Shown here in pieces: positions 27,716 to 35,413 of a stretch of DNA of 35,413 nt. The DNA is from Chloroflexota bacterium. GTDB taxonomy: Bacteria; Chloroflexota; Dehalococcoidia; Lucifugimonadales; Lucifugimonadaceae. The notes beneath the pieces are model-generated. The model saw only the letters and a program-made list of their open reading frames with translations. It was not told the DNA's origin and did no database searches. The position numbers and the translations under genes were made by a program. Within the stretch, counting starts at the first letter, position 1. The number at the start of each line of letters is the position of its first letter. The DNA lies in assembly GCA_016189845.1 (NCBI GenBank), contig JACPRT010000009.1:1-35413 (forward strand), given 5' to 3'.

Positions 27716-28840
27716 ATGAAGATAACCGGCCTCAAGGCGTTCCACTGCAATGGCAGCCGCTACCCGTGGGTGTTCATCAAGATCGAGACCGATGCCGGGA
27801 TCACAGGGATCGGGCAGGCGTCGAGCGGGCCGGGATCCGCGATGGTCGCTGCGGCTGCGTCGAGGCTCGGCGGGTGGCTAACCGGCGAGGACCCGAGCAG
27901 GATCGAGTACCTGTGGAACAAGCTGTTCACGGGTTTTAGCTCCCTGGGCAACCGGGGGTTCGCCAGCGCGCTCATCAGTGCCGTCGACATCGCCCTCTGG
28001 GACATCCGAGGCAAGCAGCTCGGACTGCCCGTGTATGAGCTGCTCGGCGGCAGGTTCCGGGACCGGCTGATCCTTTACGCAAACGGCTGGTTCCAGGACT
28101 GCGAGACTCCCGACGACTTCGCCAGGAACGCAAAGGCAGAGGTGAAGAAGGGCCATACGGCGATGAAGCTAGACCCGTTCATGCGCTTCATCGACCGGTC
28201 GGAGCCTCGCCAGCATGCGGGCGGCATGACTCCAGCGGCCGAGGCGAAGGGCGCAGCGATCGTCGAAGCCATCCGCGATGCCGTGGGCCCCGACGTCGAG
28301 ATCCTGATCGACGCACATGGCATGTATGACGTGCCGACCGCGGTCAGGCTGGCCCGGCGACTCGAGCCCTGCAACATCGGTTGGTTCGAGGAACCGGTGC
28401 CACCCGAGAACTACGACGCACTCAGGCTCGTCCGTGAGCAGATTGCCACGCCCATATGCGTCGGGGAACGGCTGATCAGCCGCTACGACTTCAGGCCGAT
28501 TCTGGACCACCAGCTCGCCAATTACCTGATGCCGGACATCATCCGCACCGGGGGCATCAGCGAGATGAAGAAGATTGCCACAATGGCCGAGGCGTACTAC
28601 GTCCCGGTCAGCCCCCACGACGCCACCGGGCCGATCACGATGATCGCCGGGGCCCAGGTGATGATGACCGTGCCAAACTTCTACCGTCTCGAGATCGCGT
28701 ACTCCGAACTGCCCCTCTACAACGAGGCGCTGACGCCGCCTCTGGACGTCCACGACGGGTACTTCCACGTGTCGAACCGGCCCGGTCTTGGCCATGAGCT
28801 CAGCGAGGAATACCTCACGAAACAGGCGGTCCCGTTCTGA
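27716..28840 (+). CDS. Enolase-superfamily enzyme, mandelate racemase subgroup (D-galactonate dehydratase-like)
   Basis: MKITGLKAF, FIKIETDAGITGIGQ, SAVDIALWDIRGK...PVYELLGG, and IDAHG / WFEEP / VGER metal-ligand pattern. Confidence 0.8.
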   Translation: MKITGLKAFHCNGSRYPWVFIKIETDAGITGIGQASSGPGSAMVAAAASRLGGWLTGEDPSRIEYLWNKLFTGFSSLGNRGFASALISAVDIALWDIRGKQLGLPVYELLGGRFRDRLILYANGWFQDCETPDDFARNAKAEVKKGHTAMKLDPFMRFIDRSEPRQHAGGMTPAAEAKGAAIVEAIRDAVGPDVEILIDAHGMYDVPTAVRLARRLEPCNIGWFEEPVPPENYDALRLVREQIATPICVGERLISRYDFRPILDHQLANYLMPDIIRTGGISEMKKIATMAEAYYVPVSPHDATGPITMIAGAQVMMTVPNFYRLEIAYSELPLYNEALTPPLDVHDGYFHVSNRPGLGHELSEEYLTKQAVPF

Positions 28841-28988
28841 CGAGGCTTCATCGCTAACGCGCGCGCACCGGTCCGGCCGGGTCCCCTTTCTATCGGTGCA
28901 AAGGTGTTGACGGAATTCGTGCCTGACCGATGGTGATATCCTCCGCCCGGCCTCTACTGCGGCTATCAACGAACGGGGACGAAGGTCA

Positions 28989-30020
28989 ATGATCAAGCGC
29001 ATCGGTATCGTAGGCGCAGGCGCGATCGGTAGCGTGGTCGGCGGCATGCTGACGAAGGGCGGGCGGGACGTCACCCTGATCGATCAATGGCCCGATCACG
29101 TCGCAGCGATGCGAAAGCATGGGCTCCGCCTCTCGGGGACATGCGGCGACCACACGATCAAGGTGAAGGCGCTGAATATCCACGAGGCACAGTCCATCCG
29201 GGAGCCGTTTGACGCGGTGTTCATTTCGGTGAAGTCCTACGACACCGAATGGGCGACGCAACTCGGGGTGCAGTACCTCGGCCCCGGCGGCGTCGTGGTG
29301 GACTTCCAGAACGGGATAAACGACGAGCGCGTGGCAGCGGTGGCTGGCCGTGAGCGCACGCTGGGTTGCGTCATCACGATCGGCGCCGGGATGTACGAGC
29401 CCGGTCATGCAATGCGCACCGACACCAATGCGGTCGGGTTCAAGATCGGCGAGCTGGATGGAAAGGAGAGCGCCCGGGCGCGCGAGCTGGCGCAGATCAT
29501 GAACGCGGTCGCGCCATCGAAGACGACCACAAACCTGTGGGGTGAACGCTGGTCCAAGCTTGCAGTCAACTGCATGGCCAACCCGATCGCGGGGCTGTCC
29601 GGACTCGGCTCGGCCGAGGTGCGCACCGATCCCAACGCTCGCCGGATCGCGATCAAGGTTGCGGCAGAGGTCATACGCGTGGGTCGTGCCCTGGGGCACG
29701 AAATCGAGCCGATCTTCGGAATTCCGGCGCAGCGGTTCGTCGAAGGCGCCGATGGCAAGAACCTCGAGGAGCTCGAAACGGACATGGCCGCGGGTGCGGG
29801 CTCGCTGGCGGGCGGGAAGCCGTCGTTCCTTCAGGACGTGCTGAAGGGCCGGCGGACGGAGGTCGAGTTCCTGAATGGGTACGTCTCTGAACAGGGCAGG
29901 AAGGCCGGCATCCCGACCCCCTTCTGCGACGCGGTCGTGAAGGTGGTCAAGAGCTTCCCGGTCGGGACGCTGAAGCCCGATCCGAAAAACCTGACGCCGT
30001 TGATCGCCATGCTGCGGTAG
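28989..30020 (+). CDS. Ketopantoate reductase (ApbA/PanE) family 2-oxoacid reductase
   Basis: IGIVGAGAIGS Rossmann motif, WSKLAVNCMANP (catalytic Lys region), SFLQDVLKGRRTEVEFLNG. Confidence 0.75.
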   Translation: MIKRIGIVGAGAIGSVVGGMLTKGGRDVTLIDQWPDHVAAMRKHGLRLSGTCGDHTIKVKALNIHEAQSIREPFDAVFISVKSYDTEWATQLGVQYLGPGGVVVDFQNGINDERVAAVAGRERTLGCVITIGAGMYEPGHAMRTDTNAVGFKIGELDGKESARARELAQIMNAVAPSKTTTNLWGERWSKLAVNCMANPIAGLSGLGSAEVRTDPNARRIAIKVAAEVIRVGRALGHEIEPIFGIPAQRFVEGADGKNLEELETDMAAGAGSLAGGKPSFLQDVLKGRRTEVEFLNGYVSEQGRKAGIPTPFCDAVVKVVKSFPVGTLKPDPKNLTPLIAMLR

Positions 30021-30071
30021 GTGGCCGCCGCGCGCGTTCGCGAGCGTCGACGCCGCTATGCCTGATATCTG

Positions 30072-31235
30072 ATGCGCAAGCCGGCCAACCTGTACTTCTC
30101 GCTGGACGAATACCGTCAGAGGCTGGACGGCGTACGTGCTCGGATGGCGGAGCGCGGCGTTGATGTCTTGCTCCTCCACACCCCGGAGAACATCTACTAC
30201 CTGAGCGGATACCAGACTCCCGGCTACTACTGGTACATGGCCCTGGTGGTCCCTACCGATCGCGAACCGGTGCTGATTCCGCCGCCACACGAGGAATCGC
30301 TCGTACCCGCGTACTCGATCTTCGACAGCTACGTCACCTACCGGGACAACGCTGACTGGGTCGCGACGACCGCCAACGTGCTGCGGGATCTCGGCTGCGA
30401 ACGGAAGCGGATCGGCTACGAGCAGATGTCGTGGTTCTTCCGGGTCGGCGAGTACGAACGCCTGAAAGCATTCCTGCCTGACGCCACGCTGGTTTCCGCC
30501 TCGGGCACGGTCGAGCAGCGCCGCATGATCAAATCGCCAGAGGAGATCGAGTACATGCGCCGCGCGGCCGCGGCGGCAGAGGCCGGGATTAGGGCTGGAA
30601 TCGAAGCAGCGCGGGTGGGCGCTACCGAGAACGACGTTGCGGCAGAGGTCGTCCGTGCGCAACTGGCCCACAACAGCGAGTATTCAGGACTGCCGCCATT
30701 TATTACGTCAGGGCCGCGCTCGATGCTCGTTCACGCTACTTGGTCTGGCCGCGAACTTCAGCGTGACGAGATCGTGTTTTTAGAGGTGCCGGGCTGTATC
30801 AACCGTTACCACGCGGCGATGACGAGGTCGGTGTGGCTGGGCGACCCGCCCGATCTGCTGCTTCGTGCCAACGAGACGAACACGGAAGCGCTTCGCCTCG
30901 CGAAGGAGGCGATCAGGCCGGGCGCGGCAGCGCACGTGGCGTTCGAGATTGCGCGCGACCGCATAACAGCCGGCAACGTCGGGTACCGGCAGGGCCGGCG
31001 TATCGCCTACTCGATCGGGATCGCGTTTCCACCTGGCTGGGACGAAGGGCACATCATCAGCATCAACGACGGCGAGACGCGGGCATTCCAGCCCGGAATG
31101 ACGTTCCACCTGATTACGACTATGCGCATAGCGGGCATCGGCGCAGTCGGCTGCAGCGACACTGTAATGGTGGCCTCGAAGGGATGCGAGACGCTTACCG
31201 CCGTGATCCCCGCGGGCGTGGTCATAACTCGGTAG
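30072..31235 (+). CDS. Creatinase/prolidase-fold (M24) protein with degenerate metal site
   Basis: Creatinase-type N-domain (VDVLLLHTPENIYYLSGY) and pita-bread C-domain. By eye the ligand positions read E, A, Y, I, S instead of D, D, H, E, E (FLEVPGCINRYHAAMTRS, AYSIG, GMTFHLITT, GCSDTVMV). Confidence 0.7.
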   Translation: MRKPANLYFSLDEYRQRLDGVRARMAERGVDVLLLHTPENIYYLSGYQTPGYYWYMALVVPTDREPVLIPPPHEESLVPAYSIFDSYVTYRDNADWVATTANVLRDLGCERKRIGYEQMSWFFRVGEYERLKAFLPDATLVSASGTVEQRRMIKSPEEIEYMRRAAAAAEAGIRAGIEAARVGATENDVAAEVVRAQLAHNSEYSGLPPFITSGPRSMLVHATWSGRELQRDEIVFLEVPGCINRYHAAMTRSVWLGDPPDLLLRANETNTEALRLAKEAIRPGAAAHVAFEIARDRITAGNVGYRQGRRIAYSIGIAFPPGWDEGHIISINDGETRAFQPGMTFHLITTMRIAGIGAVGCSDTVMVASKGCETLTAVIPAGVVITR

Positions 31236-31251
31236 CAACCAGGAGTCATCA

Positions 31252-32181
31252 ATGCGAATCGGGCTCGGTATCGGCCTCAGCTCGCAGTCTCCGGCATCCG
31301 TGTCCGAGTTCGTTGGGCAGATCGAATCGGTCGAGCGAGATGGGTTCGAGATCGCCTGGCTGCCCCAGATCCTTGGCTTCGACTCACTGACGATGATCGC
31401 AATGGCGGGTCCACGGACCTCGAAAATCGAGTTCGTGACCGGCGTGGTGCCTGTCTACCCGAGGCATCCCGTGGCCCTCGCACAGCAGGCATTGACGGTC
31501 GCCAGCGCCACCGGCAACCGGCTCGCGCTCGGGATCGGTGTTGCGCACCCCGAGACGGTGACGACGTGGTGGGGCATTCCATATGACCGTCCTGCGAAAT
31601 ACATGCGTGAGTACCTTTCCGTCCTGATGCCGTTGCTGCATGGACGAAGGGTCAGGTTCAAGGGCGAGTTCTTCACGTCTGAGGTGGCGCTGCGGATAGG
31701 GGAGATACGGCCGCCTGGAGTGCTTCTGGCCGCGCTTGCGCCGCGGATGCTCGACCTCGCAGGCTCAGTTGCTGGCGGCACCGTCCTGTGGTTGGTCGGA
31801 CGCAAGGCGGTGGAGACGCACGTCATGCCGAAGATCACGGCCGCAGCGAAGGCGGCCGGCAAACCGGCGCCCAGAATATGCGTCGGCCTGCCCATCTGCG
31901 TGACTGACGACGCTCCGCAAGCTCGGGCCGCCGCGGACAAGCAGTTCGCACGCTACGGCCAGCTGGTGAACTACCGCAGGGCTCTCGATATCGAGGGCGC
32001 CGAGGGTCCGGGCGACGTGTCGGTCGTCGGCAACGAAGCGGAGGTGGAACGGCAGCTGAGAGCCTTTGCGTCGGCGGGAGCGACCGATTTCCTGGCGTCG
32101 ATCTTCGTGCCGGATGGCTCGCCTCCGGAATCGACGCGGCGTACTCGAACGCTGCTCCAGAACCTCGTCGGGAAGGTGTGA
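31252..32181 (+). CDS. Luciferase-like (LLM class) oxidoreductase, probably F420-dependent
   Basis: MRIGLGIG start, GFEIAWLPQILGFDSLTMIAMAG and overall TIM-barrel LLM pattern, about 310 aa, typical of the F420-dependent subclass. AGGAG SD 6 nt upstream. Confidence 0.6.
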   Translation: MRIGLGIGLSSQSPASVSEFVGQIESVERDGFEIAWLPQILGFDSLTMIAMAGPRTSKIEFVTGVVPVYPRHPVALAQQALTVASATGNRLALGIGVAHPETVTTWWGIPYDRPAKYMREYLSVLMPLLHGRRVRFKGEFFTSEVALRIGEIRPPGVLLAALAPRMLDLAGSVAGGTVLWLVGRKAVETHVMPKITAAAKAAGKPAPRICVGLPICVTDDAPQARAAADKQFARYGQLVNYRRALDIEGAEGPGDVSVVGNEAEVERQLRAFASAGATDFLASIFVPDGSPPESTRRTRTLLQNLVGKV

Positions 32182-32278
32182 CGGCGTACAATTCTTCGGC
32201 CGGCTTGCGTGGGGCGTAACCGGCTTCAGGCTGCATGTCAATCGAGCGTCCGGCCCGGTCGTGACGCGCATTCAGAGT

Positions 32279-32292
32279 CGAGCGATCGCTCG
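32279..32292. promoter_or_regulatory. Perfect 14-bp palindrome CGAGCGATCGCTCG, candidate operator
   Basis: Located in the 134-nt gap, 24 nt upstream of ATG 32316. Confidence 0.25.
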
Positions 32293-32315
32293 GCTCGAAG
32301 AGTACGGAGTTTCTG

Positions 32316-33464
32316 ATGCCAGCAAGCAAACGTGGATCCAACATCTACTCGCGCATGGGGATTCCGACGGTTATCAATGCCCAGAGCTGGGTGACTGCGC
32401 TCGGCGGAAGCCTCATGCGGCCCGAAGTTTTCGCTGCGATGGAAGAGGCCGGCAAGTACTTCATCGAGATCGAGAAGTTGCACGACGCCGCCGGCGAGGT
32501 GGTCGCAAAGGCGGTCGGCACCGAAGCGGGGTTCGTATGCGCAGGCGCCGCGGCGGGAAACCTGCTGATGGCAGCGGCCGTGATGACCGGTACCGACGAA
32601 GCGAAGATCGAACGCCTGCCGGATACGACCGGGATGAAAAACGAGATACTGATCTTCAAGGCTCAGCGGAACTACTACGACAAGACCTTCGAGGTCTCCG
32701 GGGCCACACTCATCGACGTCGGAATGCCAGGCGGCGCGCATCAGTACCACCTGGAAGCAGCGTTTACCGAGAAGACATCGGCCGTCGCCTACATAGTGGC
32801 GCCAATGCTCAAGCAGCCTTTATCGCTCTTCGAGGTGGTCGAGATCGCCCACAGCCGCGGCGTCCCGGTGATCGTCGACGCATCGGCCCAGGTGCCCCCG
32901 ATCCAAAACCTGACCCGCTACACCGCCGAAGGCGCTGACATGGTGACCTTCTCGGGCGGGAAGGGCATCTGCGGGCCGCAGAACTCGGGGCTTCTGGCAG
33001 GCAAGCGCGATCTGATCAAGGCTGCGCGAATGAACTACCAGTATCCAGGCCCATCCCGGGCCGGGATAGCCCGCGCGGCGAAGGTATCGAAGGAGACGCT
33101 CGTTGGCCTGATGACCGCGATCGAGCTTCTTCTCAAGACTGACCATGAAGCCGTGTGGGGCGCCTGGCGGGCCAAGGCGGACCATATCGCGGGGCGTCTC
33201 AAGGGCATGCCGGGGACACGGGTGGTTGTCGAAGAGGACGAGAACCGGCAGGGCCCGCAACCGGTCATCTACTTCGAGAAAAGCTGGAAGGGACTCAGCC
33301 CTGCTGACGTCCGGAAGCGTCTGCGCGAGGGCGACCCGCCCATCTGGGTCGGGGGCGGCGGCTACGGCGACGAAATCAATATGGCGATGGTGAACGTGCA
33401 GGACGGCGAAGAGAGGGTGATCGCCGACCGCCTCCTTGAACTCCTCAGGAGCAACAAATCTTGA
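32316..33464 (+). CDS. SelA-like PLP-dependent enzyme (DgaE / D-glucosaminate-6-phosphate ammonia-lyase-like), copy 1
   Basis: VINAQSWVTALGGSLMRPEV N-terminus and FSGGKGICGPQNSGLLAG, which parallels the SelA PLP-lysine motif FSGDKLLGGPQ. About 380 aa, so it lacks the SelA tRNA-binding N-domain. Confidence 0.7.
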   Translation: MPASKRGSNIYSRMGIPTVINAQSWVTALGGSLMRPEVFAAMEEAGKYFIEIEKLHDAAGEVVAKAVGTEAGFVCAGAAAGNLLMAAAVMTGTDEAKIERLPDTTGMKNEILIFKAQRNYYDKTFEVSGATLIDVGMPGGAHQYHLEAAFTEKTSAVAYIVAPMLKQPLSLFEVVEIAHSRGVPVIVDASAQVPPIQNLTRYTAEGADMVTFSGGKGICGPQNSGLLAGKRDLIKAARMNYQYPGPSRAGIARAAKVSKETLVGLMTAIELLLKTDHEAVWGAWRAKADHIAGRLKGMPGTRVVVEEDENRQGPQPVIYFEKSWKGLSPADVRKRLREGDPPIWVGGGGYGDEINMAMVNVQDGEERVIADRLLELLRSNKS

Positions 33465-34615
33465 CCACGAAGAGAGTCCCCGAAGCCTATGCTCGCCTGG
33501 GCGTTAAGCCGGTGATCAATGCCCAGAGCTGGGTAACCGCGCTCGGCGGCAGCCTCATGCGCCCCGAGGTGCTGCGTGCCATGGACGAGGCGGCTACCGC
33601 GTTCGTCGACATGACCGACCTGAACCTTGCAGCCGGGAAGGTGGTCGCACGCGCATGTGGCGCCGAGGCGGGCCTGGTAACGGCCGGTGCTTCGGCGAGC
33701 GAGACCATCGCCATCGCTGCATGCATGACTGGGACCGACGAAGCGAAGGTCGAACAGCTGCCGAACACGGCAGGCATGAAAGACCAGGTGCTGATCTTCA
33801 AGGGCGAGCGAAACCGCTACGACATGGCGTTCGAGGTCCCGGGCGCGCGTCTGGTCGAATGGGGCATGTTGGGCGGCGCTAAGCCGTACCAGTTGGAAGC
33901 CGCCATCACCGACAAGACGGTAGCCATCGCTACCGTATTTGGGCCATTCATCCGCCGTGGCCTCCCGCTCCCGGAGCTTTGCGAGATCGCCCACAAGCAC
34001 GGCGTGCCAGTGGTCGTGGATGCCGCCGCTGAAGTGCCGCCGATGGAGAACCTCACGAAGTTCATCAAGCAGGGCGCCGACCTGGTGTTGTTTTCCGGGG
34101 GCAAGGGGATCGGCGGTCCTCAGAACACCGGGTTGCTTGCCGGCCGAAAGGACCTCATCGACGCCGGGATCGTCAACTCGTTGAACCTGCACAGCCCGCG
34201 GGCAGGAATCGCACGCGGCATGAAGGTCTCGAAGGAATCGCTGGTCGGGCTCGTAACGGCGCTGGAGTTGTTCCTCGAGAGCGACGAACAATCGATGCTG
34301 GCAGGGTGGACAAAGAAGTCGACATACCTGCAGAGCAGGCTGAAAGGAATCCCGGGCCTGCGTGTCGTGATCGAAGGGCCTGACCCCAACCGGCACGGGC
34401 CCCAGCCCGTGCTTTATTTCGAGAGCGGCTATCAGGGGCCGAAGCCGGCCGAGATCCGAAAGCGGCTTCTGGAGAAAGACCCACCGATCCACGTGGGCGG
34501 GGGCGGTGTTCGCGATGAGATCAACGTCGTCATGGTGAACGTGCAGGACGGCGAAGAAGTGATCATTGCCGACCGTCTGCTGGAGATCATCAAGGGCGCA
34601 AAGCCGGCTCGTTAG
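33461..34615 (+). CDS. SelA-like PLP-dependent enzyme (DgaE-like), copy 2
   Basis: Paralog of the preceding gene, roughly 50-60% identical by eye. Carries FSGGKGIGGPQNTGLLAG. TTG 33461 overlaps the upstream stop (TTGA). Confidence 0.7.
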   Translation: MTTKRVPEAYARLGVKPVINAQSWVTALGGSLMRPEVLRAMDEAATAFVDMTDLNLAAGKVVARACGAEAGLVTAGASASETIAIAACMTGTDEAKVEQLPNTAGMKDQVLIFKGERNRYDMAFEVPGARLVEWGMLGGAKPYQLEAAITDKTVAIATVFGPFIRRGLPLPELCEIAHKHGVPVVVDAAAEVPPMENLTKFIKQGADLVLFSGGKGIGGPQNTGLLAGRKDLIDAGIVNSLNLHSPRAGIARGMKVSKESLVGLVTALELFLESDEQSMLAGWTKKSTYLQSRLKGIPGLRVVIEGPDPNRHGPQPVLYFESGYQGPKPAEIRKRLLEKDPPIHVGGGGVRDEINVVMVNVQDGEEVIIADRLLEIIKGAKPAR

Positions 34616-34645
34616 GGACCCCCCGCGATTTGGAGGACGACAACT

Positions 34646-35413
34646 TTGAAGATCACCGACGTCACCGTTCAGAGCTTCAAGTACACCTCGAACGAAGGGC
34701 ACGACGCCGAAGGCCACGGCCACCCTGCCGACCCGCACGAAGCCCGCATGACCCTCATGACGGTCACGACCGATACCGGCGCGTCCGGGTATTCGTTCGG
34801 CGCCAATCCGGCCCATGTGGCGGACGTAGTCAAGCCGAACCTCGTCGACGAGGACCCGTTCTACCGCGAGAAGATCTGGCACAAGCTGTACACCTACCAA
34901 CGAGGAAACAGCGGTGTGCTTACCGACCGCCTGCTTGCCCTCGTCGACCTGGCGCTGTGGGACCTCGCGGGGCGGCATTTCAAGACGCCGGTCTACAAGC
35001 TCCTTGGAGCCAGCCGGGACAAGGTCCTCGCGTATGGAAGCACGATGTGCGGCGACGAATCCCCGAACGGCCTCAGCACCCCGGAGGAGTACGGCCGCTT
35101 CGCGGAGTGGATGGTCAAGAAGCGCGGCTACAAGGCGGTCAAGCTCCACACCTGGATGCCCCCGATCAAATGGGCCCCCGACCCCAAGATGGACGTCCGC
35201 GCCTGCGCCGCGGTGCGCGAAGCAGTTGGTCCGGACGTCGAGTGCATGCTGGACTGCTATCACCACTACTCACGGGAAGATGCGTACTTCATCGGCAAGG
35301 AGCTCCAGAAGCTCAGCTACAAGTGGCTCGAAGAGCCCATGGACGAATACAGCGTCTCGTCATACGTGTGGCTGGCACAGCAGCTCGAGATCCCGATCAT
35401 CGGTCCCGAGTAC
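34646..35413 (+). CDS. Enolase-superfamily (mandelate racemase/muconate lactonizing family) enzyme, 3'-truncated by the window end
   Basis: Absent from the ORF track because no stop is reached. TTG 34646 with GGAGGA 8 nt upstream. My translation reads LKITDVTVQSF..., LVDLALWDLAGRHFKTPVYKLLGA, MLDCYHHY, WLEEPM, and stays in frame to 35413. Confidence 0.75.
   Translation, partial: MKITDVTVQSFKYTSNEGHDAEGHGHPADPHEARMTLMTVTTDTGASGYSFGANPAHVADVVKPNLVDEDPFYREKIWHKLYTYQRGNSGVLTDRLLALVDLALWDLAGRHFKTPVYKLLGASRDKVLAYGSTMCGDESPNGLSTPEEYGRFAEWMVKKRGYKAVKLHTWMPPIKWAPDPKMDVRACAAVREAVGPDVECMLDCYHHYSREDAYFIGKELQKLSYKWLEEPMDEYSVSSYVWLAQQLEIPIIGPEY

Noticed and set aside
28897-28929. TTGACG ... TGATAT as a sigma-70 promoter for the KPR-like gene
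   Set aside because: The spacing between the hexamers is 21 nt, outside the functional 16-18 nt range.
28986-30671. 561-aa ORF on the minus strand
   Set aside because: It is antisense to the ketopantoate-reductase-like and M24 genes and has no recognisable domain.
32282-32289. GCGATCGC octamer (the cyanobacterial HIP1 sequence)
   Set aside because: It is a single occurrence within a longer palindrome in high-G+C DNA. Nothing else suggests a cyanobacterium.
32316-34615. SelA-like genes as selenocysteine synthases
   Set aside because: They are too short for SelA with its tRNA-binding N-domain. There is no selB, selD or tRNA-Sec nearby. The context is catabolic, so DgaE-like lyase chemistry is more plausible.
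33362-35266. 634-aa ORF on the minus strand
   Set aside because: It is antisense to the second SelA-like gene and the third enolase gene, both with clear motifs. Its composition is shadow-frame junk.

Overview
High-G+C (about two-thirds by eye) bacterial chromosomal window, almost fully coding: 33 supported CDSs, 4 tRNAs (one cut by the window edge). No CRISPR array, transposase, integrase or phage gene was seen. The F420-type LLM oxidoreductase, frequent GTG/TTG starts and tRNAs with encoded CCA fit Actinomycetota or Chloroflexota, but I cannot place it more precisely. Layout: tRNA cluster (Val fragment, Leu-CAG, Arg-GCG); 2-hydroxyacid dehydrogenase and CtaG-like oxidase assembly factor; Fur-family regulator coupled to a NicO/NiCoT-type metal permease; tRNA-Val; MoxR / DUF58 / transglutaminase-like triad; ogt; DUF2007; vapBC abutting dnaE; M24 hydrolase; fabF, folC and an SDR; HEAT-repeat protein; ROK kinase; membrane cNMP-domain protein; DUF502, epimerase and an unrecognised 265-aa protein; alpha/beta hydrolase; RNase D. 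From 26.6 kb to the window end lies a co-directional cluster: three enolase-superfamily genes, a ketopantoate-reductase-like gene, a creatinase-like M24 protein with degenerate metal ligands, an F420/LLM oxidoreductase and two tandem SelA/DgaE-like PLP enzymes. That cluster is my best candidate for an undescribed system, as a catabolic pathway of unknown substrate. Other leads: the orphan 265-aa protein heading a three-gene operon; a Cys-to-Ser change at the transglutaminase nucleophile; a repeated -10 box 6-8 nt upstream of start codons, suggesting leaderless mRNAs; and a tRNA-Arg with anticodon GCG. All product calls rest on motifs read by eye; no searches were run.
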